62,289 nucleotides of DNA, from contig JBFMGU010000025.1 in assembly GCA_040752415.1 (NCBI GenBank), forward strand, positions 1 through 62,289. Reading direction: 5' to 3'. The position numbers were made by a program, and so were the translations under genes. Numbering within the stretch: position 1 is the first letter of the stretch; each line of letters starts with the position of its first letter. Below, piece after piece: positions 50,020-59,843 of the stretch. Below the pieces are notes generated by a model, which was given only the letters and a program-made list of their open reading frames with translations, was not told the origin of the DNA and did no database searches. The DNA is from Myxococcota bacterium (GTDB lineage: Bacteria; Myxococcota; JACRCW01).

Positions 50020-51132
50020 ATGGCGACCAACAAGGAAAAGATCCTGGCGGTGGATGACGAGGCCGCCATGCGGGAAATCATCCGGCGCGGGCTGCAGCCG
50101 CGTGGCTACCAGGTCCACATTGCCGCCAACGTGCCGGAGGCGCGCAAGGTGATGGCCGCCGACGGCCCGTTTGACCTCATCATCTGCGACATCAACATGC
50201 CGGGAGAGAACGGCACCATCCTGCTGCAGGAGGTGGCCCGCCTGGCGCCGCGCACGGTGATGGTGATGGCCACCGCGGTGCAGGAGATCCAGGTGGCCAT
50301 CAAGGCGCTGAAGCTGGGCGCGTATGACTACCTGCTCAAGCCCTTTGACATGGAAGCGCTGGCCATGACGGTGGCGCGGGCGTTGGAGCGCCGTTCCATG
50401 GAGCTGGAGATCCGCGCGTACCGGGAGAGCCTGGAGAAGCTGGTGGAGGAGCGCACGCGCCAGCTCCACGCGCGCAACACCGAGCTGGTGCAGACGCAAC
50501 GCGCCATGCTGCGTGCGCTGTGCCACATGGCGGAGTTCCGCGACCCGGAGACCGGACGTCACCTGGAGCGCATGGCGCACTACAGCCGCATCATCGCGCG
50601 CACGCTGGGCGTGTCCGGTCCCTACCGCGCTGAGATCGACGACGTGTTCGTGGCCAACATCTTCGAGGCCGGGCCCATGCATGATCTTGGCAAGATCGGC
50701 ATTCCCGACGGGATCCTGCTCAAGCCGGGCAAGCACACGCCGGAGGAGCGCGAGATCATGCAGAAGCACTCCAAGATCGGCCGGGACGCGCTGTTGCGGG
50801 TGAAGGCGGAGCTGCCCGAGAGCGCGGACATGCGCTTCATTGACATGGCGGTGGAGGTGGCCGCGTACCACCACGAGAAGTTCGACGGCACGGGCTATCC
50901 CTTCCGCCTGGCCGGCGCCAACATCCCGCTCTCCGCGCGCATCATCAGCGTGGCGGACTACTACGACGCGTGCACCTCGCCGCGCGTGTACCGCCCGGAG
51001 CCCATCCCGCATGAGCGGGTGAAGGAGATGATGCTGGCGGAGCGCGGCAAGCACTTTGACCCGGTGGTGCTGGACGCCTTCCTCTCCGCCGAGGACGAGG
51101 TGAACCGCACGCGGGAGGAGCTGGCGGACTGA
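50020..51132 (+). CDS. REC-HD-GYP c-di-GMP phosphodiesterase response regulator (RpfG-like)
   Basis: AVDDE, CDINMP, KPF; RDPETGRH, MHDLGKIG, HHEKFDGTGYP, ARIISVAD. Confidence 0.93.
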   Translation: MATNKEKILAVDDEAAMREIIRRGLQPRGYQVHIAANVPEARKVMAADGPFDLIICDINMPGENGTILLQEVARLAPRTVMVMATAVQEIQVAIKALKLGAYDYLLKPFDMEALAMTVARALERRSMELEIRAYRESLEKLVEERTRQLHARNTELVQTQRAMLRALCHMAEFRDPETGRHLERMAHYSRIIARTLGVSGPYRAEIDDVFVANIFEAGPMHDLGKIGIPDGILLKPGKHTPEEREIMQKHSKIGRDALLRVKAELPESADMRFIDMAVEVAAYHHEKFDGTGYPFRLAGANIPLSARIISVADYYDACTSPRVYRPEPIPHERVKEMMLAERGKHFDPVVLDAFLSAEDEVNRTREELAD

Positions 51133-51165
51133 CGCGCGGGGCCCGCACGCGGTATCTCCCGCGAC

Positions 51166-52233
51166 GTGCCCAGCCGCCCCAAGCCACCACTCGACGCTGC
51201 CCGTCGCCACCACACCTGCTGGCCCGGCCGGGAAGCGGCGCTGCTGGGTGAGCTCACGCGCGTCTTTCCCCGCTCCCGACACTTCTCCAACCACCCCGGC
51301 ACCACCGAGAGCCTGCTCTTCCCCGACGAGGCCACCAAGGTGGTGAGCCTGGCCTTTGCCACGCAGGTCCTGCCCCATCCCGCGGAGGTGCGCGGACGCC
51401 ACCCCTCGGAGCTGGCGCACGCCCTGGCCCAACACGTCCTCGACGCGCTGCGCGGTCACCGGGGCCCGTGGCGGCTGCACGTCTTCGGTCAGGCGCGCGC
51501 GCCGCGCGTGTTGGAGGCAGTGCGGGCCGAGCTGGCGGAGTCCCACGCAGCGCTGCTGGCCCGCCTGGTGGCGGATGACACCGCCCCCTTCTCCGAGGAC
51601 GAGCTCTTCCTCCAGGCCATGCTGGTGGGCTCGGACCGCGCGTGGTTCTCGGCGGTTTCTCCGGAGGAGCGGGTGCTGCTGCGTCGCGTGGTGAGCCATC
51701 ACCCCGGCGGAGAGATCCCCATTCCCGACGACGTCTATCCACCCTCGCGCGCGTTCAAGAAGCTCCTGGAGGCGGAAGCGCACCTGGGCACGCCGCTGCG
51801 CTCCGGCGAGACCGCGGTGGACCTGGGCGCCTCTCCCGGCGGGTGGACCGCGGTGGCGCTCCGACGTGGCCTGCGCGTCACCGCGGTGGACCGCAGCCCG
51901 CTTCGGGATGACCTGATGCAACACGAAGCGCTCACGTTCGTGCGGGGCGACGCGTTTGCCTACCAGCCGCCCGAGCCGGTGGACTGGCTGCTCTGCGACG
52001 TCATTGCCTTCCCGGTGCGCACCACCGAGCTCCTGAAGACGTGGTTGTCCCGGCGGTGGTGTCGACAGTTCGTGGTGAGCGTGAAGTTCAAGGGAGAGGA
52101 GGACTATGCGCGGCTGGAGGAGGTGAAGCGCATCCTCAAGCAGAACACGTGGGACTTCTGCGTCCGCCAGCTCCCCAGCAACGGGAACGAGGTCTGCGCC
52201 ATGGGCTGGTGCCGGAAGCCGGGACCCTTGTGA
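51166..52233 (+). CDS. RlmM-like 23S rRNA 2'-O-methyltransferase (FtsJ domain)
   Basis: PPSRAFKKLLEA, AVDLGASPGGWT, VTAVDR, DAFAYQP, DWLLCDV. Confidence 0.85.
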   Translation: MPSRPKPPLDAARRHHTCWPGREAALLGELTRVFPRSRHFSNHPGTTESLLFPDEATKVVSLAFATQVLPHPAEVRGRHPSELAHALAQHVLDALRGHRGPWRLHVFGQARAPRVLEAVRAELAESHAALLARLVADDTAPFSEDELFLQAMLVGSDRAWFSAVSPEERVLLRRVVSHHPGGEIPIPDDVYPPSRAFKKLLEAEAHLGTPLRSGETAVDLGASPGGWTAVALRRGLRVTAVDRSPLRDDLMQHEALTFVRGDAFAYQPPEPVDWLLCDVIAFPVRTTELLKTWLSRRWCRQFVVSVKFKGEEDYARLEEVKRILKQNTWDFCVRQLPSNGNEVCAMGWCRKPGPL

Positions 52234-52379
52234 GCGCGCCCGCGGACCTCCGGCCTGCCCTGCCTGCGCACGATGCTGATTGACAGGCCCCCGGGGTGGG
52301 AGAACCCTCCAACTTCCGTTTGAGGGACGCCCGCCCCGCGCTGCCACGCTGGGTGCGGCGCCAGAGCAGAGGAGAAAAC

Positions 52380-53546
52380 ATGTCGCGAACCAGGGTTTCA
52401 CGTAGGGAAATGCATCAACCCGGCATGGCCGCTTCCGTCGTCGCGGCGCTGATCCTGGGCGCGTCGTGCGCGCAGACCGGGGACAGCCAGGAGGAGAAGC
52501 AGGACAGCGGGACGCCCACCAGCACCAAGGCCAACGTGGGCAGCCAGGGCGGCAGCGTGTCCCATGGTGGCGCTTCGGTGGAGGTCCCGCCGGGCGCGCT
52601 GGGGACGGACGTCGAGGTGACGGTGGCGGAAGTGCCGTTTCCGGCCGCGGCCCTGCCGGCGGACATGACCACCACCGGGAGCGCGTTTGCGTTCACGCCG
52701 CATGGCACCACGTTCACCTCGCCGGTGACCCTGGAGCTGCCGCACGACGGAACCGCGGATGCCGTCCTGCGCCTGGACGACGAGAATGATTCCACCTGGG
52801 AGATCGTGGACGGGGCCACGTTCGCCAACGGTGTGGCCACGGTGCAGACCACCAGGTTCTCGGTCTACGTGACGGTGAGCTCCTGCAGCCGGCTGTGCGC
52901 CCACGGGGCCACGGTGTGCGGCGCGGCGGGAAGCGCTGTCACCCAAGGCACGTGTGTCAGCTCCTGCACGTCCCAGGCGGCGCAACCGAATGCCGCGTGT
53001 GGGTCGGAGCGGCAGGCGCTCTACAACTGCTTCACCGCCACCACCAATGCCGCGGAGTTTGCCTGCTCCACCACCCTGCTCCCCAACGCCACCACCTGCG
53101 CCGCGGAGCGGGCCACTCTGCAGGCATGCGCCGATCCTTGTCCGTGTTTCAACACCGCGCTGCTCCAGCAGTCGTACGACGAGGCCAGGGCGGCGAGCAC
53201 GCTCCCCGGGGTGGGGCCGCGGAGCACCCCGCCCAGCGAGTTCGGCGGCTGCGCCTACAGCCCGGGCGGGACCTTTGGTGACCCGAACAGCGTCAGCTCC
53301 ATCCTCTTCATCGCCATGGAGCCCCCCAACGGGGAGCGGGAGGCCTATTTCGGCTGGTTCGGGGTGGGGCCCCAGAACGGGACGACGATGTGTTTCGTGT
53401 GGCAGGGCGACAGCGATCCGCTGGATGGGCCCGACGAAGTGGGACCGCTGGCCGTCACGCCGACGCAGGCAGCCAAGTGCGTCGACGTGCTGACGGCTTT
53501 CCGGGACCAGCAGAGCCCGGCGTGGACCTGCTTCGAACAGCACTGA
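52380..53546 (+). CDS. Lipoprotein with ZU5-like domain and Cys-rich region
   Basis: LGASC lipobox; VGSQGGSV...VEVPPGAL...FTPHGTTFTSPVTLELP (ZU5-like); many Cys. Confidence 0.75.
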   Translation: MSRTRVSRREMHQPGMAASVVAALILGASCAQTGDSQEEKQDSGTPTSTKANVGSQGGSVSHGGASVEVPPGALGTDVEVTVAEVPFPAAALPADMTTTGSAFAFTPHGTTFTSPVTLELPHDGTADAVLRLDDENDSTWEIVDGATFANGVATVQTTRFSVYVTVSSCSRLCAHGATVCGAAGSAVTQGTCVSSCTSQAAQPNAACGSERQALYNCFTATTNAAEFACSTTLLPNATTCAAERATLQACADPCPCFNTALLQQSYDEARAASTLPGVGPRSTPPSEFGGCAYSPGGTFGDPNSVSSILFIAMEPPNGEREAYFGWFGVGPQNGTTMCFVWQGDSDPLDGPDEVGPLAVTPTQAAKCVDVLTAFRDQQSPAWTCFEQH

Positions 53547-53576
53547 CGTCTGCTTCGGTTTCCACCGACATCCGCC

Positions 53577-53631
53577 GGTAACGCGCCAACACCCGCCGGT
53601 AACCGTTACCGGGCGGCGTCGGCGCGTTACC
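53577..53631. repeat. Imperfect palindrome with four GGTAAC/GTTACC boxes between convergent genes
   Basis: GGTAACGCGCCAACACCCGCCGGTAAC-C-GTTACCGGGCGGCGTCGGCGCGTTACC. Confidence 0.6.
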
Positions 53632-53647
53632 CGCGCCAGTCTCGCGG

Positions 53648-53971
53648 TTACCCGTTCACGACGGCCCTGGCCGCGGCCTTCTTCCGGCTCCGCGCCATCT
53701 TGTTCGCCACGTAGCGGCTCAGGAACGGAGAGAGGCGCGCGGAGTCATTGCGGAACAGGTAGCGCGCGGCCTCGCGGATCTCTCCCAGCGACTCGCTGAT
53801 CAACGCCGCCACCAGGTTGCGCTTCTCGCGCGCCTGGATGGCCTCCTCGCTGTCCACCGTCTCATCCGAGAAGCAGCCTTCTTCCGGGTAGCCATCGGTG
53901 CCTCCACTGCGGTGAGAGTGTGGAGGCTCGGTACGTCGGAGGAAGCGGTGGCGCAAGGGCAGACGCCTCAC
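53648..53971 (-). CDS. Hypothetical protein (107 aa)
   Basis: Starts 10 bp after the NtrC gene stop; C-terminal half has coding-like codon bias. Confidence 0.5.
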   Translation of the reverse strand: MRRLPLRHRFLRRTEPPHSHRSGGTDGYPEEGCFSDETVDSEEAIQAREKRNLVAALISESLGEIREAARYLFRNDSARLSPFLSRYVANKMARSRKKAAARAVVNG

Positions 53972-53981
53972 GCCAGCGACG

Positions 53982-55505
53982 TCATTCCTCTTCCGCGCCG
54001 TGCGCGCTCAGCCCGTGCTTCTTGAGCAGCCGGTAGAGGCTCTTGCGGTCCATGCCCGCCTGCTGCGCGGCCAACGTCACCGCGGGCTGCTCCGCCACCA
54101 GGCGCGTCAGGTACGCCCGCTCGAACGCGTCAATGGTCTGCTGCTTGGCCTCGGAGAACGCCGGCAGCATCCCCGCGGAGAGACTGGGCGCGGAGCCACC
54201 GGGAGAGGCGGCCAGCCCCAGGTCCTCCGCCGTCACCGCCGCCCCGGCAGCCACCGCCGCGGCGCGCGTCACCGTGGCCTCCAGCTCGCGCACGTTGCCC
54301 GGCCAGCCGTAGGCCATCATCGCCGTCACCGCCTCCGGCGAAAACGCCGTGGCCGCCGCGCCGAACTCCTTGCGACACTTCTCCAGGAACGTGTGCGCCA
54401 ACAGCAGGATGTCGTCGGGACGCTTGCGCAGCGGCGGCAGCGTCACCTCACCCACCTTGAGTCGATAGAGCAGGTCCTGGCGGAACTGGCCCGCGGCCAC
54501 CATCTGCGCCAGGTCGCGGTGCGTGGCGGCAATGACGCGCACGTTCACCTTCACGCTGTGCGTGGCGCCCACGGGACGGATCTCACGCTCCTGCAGCACG
54601 CGCAGCAGCTTGGCCTGCCCGCTGGCGGAGAGGTCGCCAATCTCGTCCAGGAAGATGGTCCCGCCGTTGGCGGCGCGGAACAGGCCCGGGCTGTCCTTCA
54701 GCGCACCGGTGAACGCGCCCTTCTCGTGACCAAACAGCTCGCTGTCCACCAGCGTGTCCGTCAGCGCCGAGCAGTTCACCGCCATGAACGGCGCGTCCTT
54801 GCGCGGGGACAGCTTGTGCGCCGCGCGCGCCACCAGCTCCTTGCCCGTGCCCGTCTCACCGCCAATGAGCAGCGGCGCATCCGTGCGCGCCAACGCGGCC
54901 AGGTGCACCAGCGCGCGCTTGAACGCGGGAGAGCGACCCACCAGGCCCGGCAGCGTCACCTCGTCGGCGGGGGCCACGCGGTTGAGGTCGCGCGCGGTGC
55001 GGAGCTGGCGCGCCAGGTGCTGCGCGTGGCGGAGCATGAGTTGCAGCTCCGGCAGGCCGAAGGGTTTGCGCAAGAACAGGGTGGCGCCGGCGTTCTGCAG
55101 CTGCAGGATCTCATCCACGGTGGCCACCGCGCTCATCAGGAGCACCGGGATGTCGGGGCTCAGCTGCCTCACGCGACGCAACACCTCGTGACCGCTGGCG
55201 CCGGGCATGCGCACGTCGGAGAGCACCAGGTCAAAGCTGTCTTCCGCCTGCAGGGCCTGGATGGCCAGGTCGCCGCGGTTGATCAGCGTCAGATCCAGGC
55301 CATCCAGGTGCGCGGTGCCGCGCCGGATGGTCTCCAGGATGGCGGGCTCGTCGTCCACCACCAGGCAACGCACCGGTGGCGCCGCAGGGCTTAGCGTTGT
55401 TTCGGGCACGGGACCCCCCAGGTTCGCGGGGAGCCTAGCGGGCCCCTCGGCCTTGGTGAACCGGGTGTGGGCGTGCTGCGGAGGCGAGGCCGCGGTGGTG
55501 GTCAT
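53982..55505 (-). CDS. Sigma54-dependent NtrC-family response regulator (REC-AAA-Fis HTH)
   Basis: VVDDE, SDVRMP; GETGTGKE, ELFGHEKGAFTGA, FLDEIG, FRQDLLYRL, WPGNVREL, DRKSLYRLLKKH. Confidence 0.96.
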   Translation of the reverse strand: MTTTAASPPQHAHTRFTKAEGPARLPANLGGPVPETTLSPAAPPVRCLVVDDEPAILETIRRGTAHLDGLDLTLINRGDLAIQALQAEDSFDLVLSDVRMPGASGHEVLRRVRQLSPDIPVLLMSAVATVDEILQLQNAGATLFLRKPFGLPELQLMLRHAQHLARQLRTARDLNRVAPADEVTLPGLVGRSPAFKRALVHLAALARTDAPLLIGGETGTGKELVARAAHKLSPRKDAPFMAVNCSALTDTLVDSELFGHEKGAFTGALKDSPGLFRAANGGTIFLDEIGDLSASGQAKLLRVLQEREIRPVGATHSVKVNVRVIAATHRDLAQMVAAGQFRQDLLYRLKVGEVTLPPLRKRPDDILLLAHTFLEKCRKEFGAAATAFSPEAVTAMMAYGWPGNVRELEATVTRAAAVAAGAAVTAEDLGLAASPGGSAPSLSAGMLPAFSEAKQQTIDAFERAYLTRLVAEQPAVTLAAQQAGMDRKSLYRLLKKHGLSAHGAEEE

Positions 55506-55768
55506 GCGTCACCCGTCTCGTCTTCGTCGTCCGCCAGCGCGGCGGCAAAGTGCGCCTCGGCATAGAGCTCCTCCAGGAAGGCCAGGGCCACCGCTTCGGG
55601 ATCCGGCACCGGGATCTCTCGCGCCTGCTGCTCCCGCAGGATCCGTTGCGCCGCCAGGAGGAGGTCATCAGGAACCCGCTGCGCCCTGCCGCGGGATGAT
55701 GAACCCCGTTCCCGAGGGGGAGGAATCCGGTTGCGGGCAGGGGTGTCGTCTACGCGCCGAGCCATCAT
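55502..55768 (-). CDS. Small hypothetical protein
   Basis: ATGA overlap with the NtrC gene; GGAGA SD. Confidence 0.55.
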   Translation of the reverse strand: MMARRVDDTPARNRIPPPRERGSSSRGRAQRVPDDLLLAAQRILREQQAREIPVPDPEAVALAFLEELYAEAHFAAALADDEDETGDA

Positions 55769-55822
55769 CGCCAGTCTCTCCTACCCCCCTGCATCGGCGC
55801 GGCGAGGGGAGGACTTGAGGGC

Positions 55823-56569
55823 TCACAGAAAAGCGCGCAACGCCTTCACCGCCTCGGTGTGCAGCTGGCACACACGGCTCTCGGTCACCCCCAACCGCTG
55901 GCCAATCTCCTTGAAGGTCATGTCGGCCTGGTAATAGGCGGCCAGCACGGCCTGCTGCCGCGGGGTCAGGCGCTCCACCGCCTGCGCCAGCCTGCGGGAG
56001 GTCTCGCGCTGCTCCGCGTACTCCAGCAGCGTCGTGTCGGGGCGGCCCTGGGCGTCGGCGGCCTCCAGGGGCTCCGTGGTGCGGGCGCGCTCCGCCATGG
56101 CCATCAGCGCCTCCACGCGCTCCGCCGACATGCGCGCCTCCGCGCCCAGCTCCTCGCGGTTGGGAGCGCGGCCCTTCTCCGCCGTGAACCGACGCTCCGC
56201 CCGCGCCAGGTGGTTGAGCGAGGCGCGCGCCCGACGGGGCAGCAGGTCCAGCTCCCGCAGCTCATCCAGCATGGCCGCGCGGATCTTCAGGCGGGCAAAG
56301 GCCTGGAAGTCGGCGCAGCGGGCGGGGTCGTACTGACGGGCGGCCACCATGAGGCCCACGCAGCCGGCACCCAGCAGGTCATCCGGTTGCACGTGGCGGG
56401 GCAGCCGACGCGCCATGCGTCGCGCCTCGCTCGCCACCCAGGCCAGCTGCTCGTTCTCGTCGATGGCGCGGGTGCTGTCCGGCCGCGGGGCGCGCCTCGC
56501 CTGGTGGTTGAGCGTGGGCGAGGCCGGCTTCGGCTGGGACTCGATGCGGAGGGCAACCAGGGTGGTCAT
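55823..56569 (-). CDS. FliA/WhiG (sigma28) family RNA polymerase sigma factor
   Basis: RLPRHVQPDDLLGAGCVGL, FARLKIRAAMLDELR..D.LPR, MTFKEIGQRLGVTESRVCQLH. Confidence 0.92.
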   Translation of the reverse strand: MTTLVALRIESQPKPASPTLNHQARRAPRPDSTRAIDENEQLAWVASEARRMARRLPRHVQPDDLLGAGCVGLMVAARQYDPARCADFQAFARLKIRAAMLDELRELDLLPRRARASLNHLARAERRFTAEKGRAPNREELGAEARMSAERVEALMAMAERARTTEPLEAADAQGRPDTTLLEYAEQRETSRRLAQAVERLTPRQQAVLAAYYQADMTFKEIGQRLGVTESRVCQLHTEAVKALRAFL

Positions 56570-56606
56570 GGGAGGGCACCTTGTTGGGTTGACGCCAACC
56601 CCCAGG

Positions 56607-56622
56607 AGCAACGGCCATGCCC
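56607..56622 (-). promoter_or_regulatory. Sigma54 -24/-12 promoter of the fliA-like operon
   Basis: GGGCATGGCCGTTGCT (GG-N10-GC, TTGCT) 37 bp upstream of ATG; IHF-like AATCAGCGGATTT at about 56661-56673. Confidence 0.65.
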
Positions 56623-57019
56623 AGGTCTCGCGGAACCCGCGCTTCTCCGACGGAGAATTCAAATCCGCTGATTTTTCGGTGTGTTGTCCCTGGCCGCGCG
56701 TCCGGGCGCTGCGCGGCGTCGGCCCGTCGTGGGGCACGCATGCCCCGAACCCTCCAAGCTCGAGGTGGCGCGCACGCCCCATGACCAGGGTGAGGGCGGA
56801 CAAGCGGAACTCGCGCATGGCCTGCGTCAGCGTTCCACCGGCGAAAAATCTCGAATGGGTGGCCGCGCCCTGCACTCTTCATCGGCGCAACCGCGTGCGG
56901 ACTGGAGGAGGGGGAGCCGAGGTGGCTCCATGCGAGCCAACGGCAAACGCACGCGCCCGCGGCCGCAGGGGTTGGCGGCCCAGGCGCGCGCGGGTTCCCA
57001 ACCACGGAACCGGGTGCTC

Positions 57020-58390
57020 TCAGCGCGAGGCGTTGCGCAGGATGGAGATGTCGTCGCTGTTGTGGTTGGCCACCACCACGTCGGGACGCAGGTCGCCGTC
57101 CAGGTCCCCCACCGCCACCGCGGAGGGATAGGTGCCCGCGGTGACCAGGAGCGGCGGGTGGAAGCCGCCGGCGCCGTCGGGCTTGAGCAGGCGGACCTGA
57201 CCATCAGCGTGGGCAATCACCAGCTCACTCCGACCGTCGCCATCCAGGTCACCGGTGGTCAGCGCGGTGGGCGCGTTCCCGGTGTTGAGCACGTCCATGA
57301 GGGCGAAGCTGCCGTCGCCCTGGCCGGAGAGGACCTCCATGACGCTGCCCTCCGTGCTCACCACCGCCACGTCCGGGACCACGTTGCCGCTCAGCTCCCC
57401 CGTCGTCACCGACCAGGGCGTGCCACAGACCTGGCGCGTGGTGGGCGCCTGCAGCTCGCCGGTGCCGGTGCCCATGAGGATGCTGAGGGTGTCGGAGAGG
57501 TGGTTCACCACGATCACGTCGCGGTCGCCGTCGCCGTTGAGGTCGGTGGAGGCCAGCGCCGTGGGATAGGCGCCCACCGCGTGCGAGGGACGCGCCTGGT
57601 ACGCGCCGTCTTCGTCCATGGAGATCACGCTCAGGGTCCCGTCGCCGTTGGCCACCACCAGGTCCGCAATGCCGTCCTGGTTGAGGTCCACCGCGGTGAG
57701 CGCGTTGGGGTTGGTTCCCACCGCAACCTCGACGGCGGGGCGCAGCACACCGTCGTCGGCAATGAGGATGGAGACGGAGTTGCCCAGCGTGTTGGCGGTG
57801 GCAATGTCCTTGTGACCGTCGCCATCCAGGTCATCCACCACCACGCCCACCGGCCCGCGACCCACGTCGTGGTGCGTGGCCAGGCCGAACGTGCCGTCCG
57901 CCTGCGCGGGCAGCAGCGTGACGGTGCCGCTGGTGAAGTTGGCCACCACCACGTCGCGTCTTCCGTCGTGGGTCACGTCACCCAGGGCCACCGCGGCGGG
58001 GCCATGGCCCACCGTGATGTTCTCCGCGGGAGCAACCGCCAGCGCCGTCCCGCCTCTGCCGCACGTGTTGGGCACGCCGCCACCGCCGCAGGTGTAGGGC
58101 CAGTGGCAACCGCCACACACCACCACGCCACCACACCCATCCGCCATCTCCCCGCACTCCATCTCCTTGGGGCAGTTGCTGATGGGCACGCACGCCGCAC
58201 CGGAGGAGGACGAAGAAGACGATGACGAAGACGAAGAGGACGACGCTTCACCCGAAGAGCTGCTGCCTCCCGACGAGGAAACCGCCGGTCCCTCCTCTTC
58301 CGCAACGCGAACCTCCGGCGTGGGAGACGCGCTGCAGGCGTTGAGGAGCAGCAGGATGGCAACGTGGCGCGCGACGGTGACGGGACGCAT
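57020..58390 (-). CDS. FG-GAP/VCBS repeat lipoprotein
   Basis: LNAC lipobox; Ser-rich and Cys-rich segments; 7 repeats of the GDLDGDG..D.VVAN type. Confidence 0.9.
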   Translation of the reverse strand: MRPVTVARHVAILLLLNACSASPTPEVRVAEEEGPAVSSSGGSSSSGEASSSSSSSSSSSSSSGAACVPISNCPKEMECGEMADGCGGVVVCGGCHWPYTCGGGGVPNTCGRGGTALAVAPAENITVGHGPAAVALGDVTHDGRRDVVVANFTSGTVTLLPAQADGTFGLATHHDVGRGPVGVVVDDLDGDGHKDIATANTLGNSVSILIADDGVLRPAVEVAVGTNPNALTAVDLNQDGIADLVVANGDGTLSVISMDEDGAYQARPSHAVGAYPTALASTDLNGDGDRDVIVVNHLSDTLSILMGTGTGELQAPTTRQVCGTPWSVTTGELSGNVVPDVAVVSTEGSVMEVLSGQGDGSFALMDVLNTGNAPTALTTGDLDGDGRSELVIAHADGQVRLLKPDGAGGFHPPLLVTAGTYPSAVAVGDLDGDLRPDVVVANHNSDDISILRNASR

Positions 58391-58414
58391 GGCGTTCCTC
58401 CGTCACGCTGCTTG

Positions 58415-58430
58415 AGCAACGCATGTGCCA
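58415..58430 (-). promoter_or_regulatory. Sigma54 promoter, near-perfect consensus
   Basis: TGGCAC-ATGCG-TTGCT 24 bp upstream of the FG-GAP gene ATG. Confidence 0.75.
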
Positions 58431-58531
58431 CGAGGAAAGCCGTGTTGTTTCGCGGCGCTTGGTGTTGCCAGGAGGCAGGGCGGCCCCCGCGCGCGGCGCA
58501 CGTGGGGCACGGCGGCCACGCCGACGCAGCA

Positions 58532-59839
58532 TCACCAGCGCGGCAGGTCCGCGAGCGCGCGTTCCACCATGAGGCGCTTGCGGTCGTGCTTCTTCACGCG
58601 ACCGGGCAGCGGCGGAAACATGGCCCACGTCACGTTGCTGGGCTGGTAGGGCGCGTTGGGGTCGGCCTTCTCATGACCACGCGTGTGGCCATAGAGGGCG
58701 CCCAGCGCCGTCGTCGGGGGAGGCGGCTTGGCGTTTCCGCCGGTCAGCTCACCTGCCAGCATCCGCCCCACGACAAAACCCATGGCGCAGCTCTCCACGT
58801 AGCCTTCCACGCCGGTGATCTGCCCCGCGAAGCGCACGTGCGGGAGCGCGGGCAACGCCAGGCGGTCGTCGAGGAGGCGCGGGCTGTCCAGGTAGGTGTT
58901 GCGGTGCACGGCGCCGTAGCGGAGGAAGCGCGCGTCCTGCATGCCCGGAATCAACGCAAACGCGGCACGCTGCGAGGGCTGGGTGAGACGCGTCTGGCAG
59001 CCCACCAGGTTGTACGCCGTGCCGGCCACGTCCTCCTTGCGCAGCTGCAACACGGCGAAGGGGCGCTTTCCGGTGCGCGGGTCGGTGAGTCCCACCGGCT
59101 TCATGGGTCCATAGGCCAGGGTGTCCGGTCCGCGCTCCGCCATGACGTCGAGCGGGAGGCAACCTTCGAAGTACTTCGGCTCCTCGAAGGCGTGCAGCGG
59201 GTACTTCTCCGCCTTCACCACCGCGTCCACGAACGCGCGGTACTGCGCCTCATCCATGGGGCAGTTCAGGTAATCCGCGCCCTCGCCCTTGCCGTAGCGG
59301 CTCTGCGCGAACACCACGTCCATGTCCAGGCTGTCCGCGTCGACGATGGGTGCAATGGCGTCGTAGAAGGCCAGCCGGTCCTTGCCGCAGTGACGCACGA
59401 TGTCCGCGGCCAGCGCGTCGCTGGTGAGCGGGCCGGTGGCAATGACGGTGGGGATGCCATCCTCCGGAAGCGCGGTGACCTCCTGCGACTCCTTGCGGAT
59501 GCGCGGATGCGCCGCCAGCGCCTCCTCGACGAAGCCGCTGAACTTCTCGCGGTCCACGGCCAGCGCGTCGCCGGCGGGGACCTTGGCGTGGTCGGCGGCG
59601 CGCAGGATGAGGCTCCCGCAGCGACGCAGCTCCTCCTTGATGAGCCCCACCGCGTTCTCCACGTTGGCGGAGCGCAGGCTGTTGGAGCACACCAGCTCGC
59701 AGAGGCGGTCGGTGACCTGCGCGGGCGTGCGTTTGTGCGGCTTCATCTCCACGAGCAGCACGTGCAACCCGGCTTCCGCCAGCTGCCAGGCGGCCTCACA
59801 CCCGGCCAGCCCGCCGCCCACCACGCGCACCGCGGTCAT
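58532..59839 (-). CDS. trmFO: Folate/FAD-dependent tRNA (uracil-54) methyltransferase
   Basis: [58 protein letters not shown]. Confidence 0.97.
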   Translation of the reverse strand: MTAVRVVGGGLAGCEAAWQLAEAGLHVLLVEMKPHKRTPAQVTDRLCELVCSNSLRSANVENAVGLIKEELRRCGSLILRAADHAKVPAGDALAVDREKFSGFVEEALAAHPRIRKESQEVTALPEDGIPTVIATGPLTSDALAADIVRHCGKDRLAFYDAIAPIVDADSLDMDVVFAQSRYGKGEGADYLNCPMDEAQYRAFVDAVVKAEKYPLHAFEEPKYFEGCLPLDVMAERGPDTLAYGPMKPVGLTDPRTGKRPFAVLQLRKEDVAGTAYNLVGCQTRLTQPSQRAAFALIPGMQDARFLRYGAVHRNTYLDSPRLLDDRLALPALPHVRFAGQITGVEGYVESCAMGFVVGRMLAGELTGGNAKPPPPTTALGALYGHTRGHEKADPNAPYQPSNVTWAMFPPLPGRVKKHDRKRLMVERALADLPRW

Positions 59840-59843
59840 GCGC

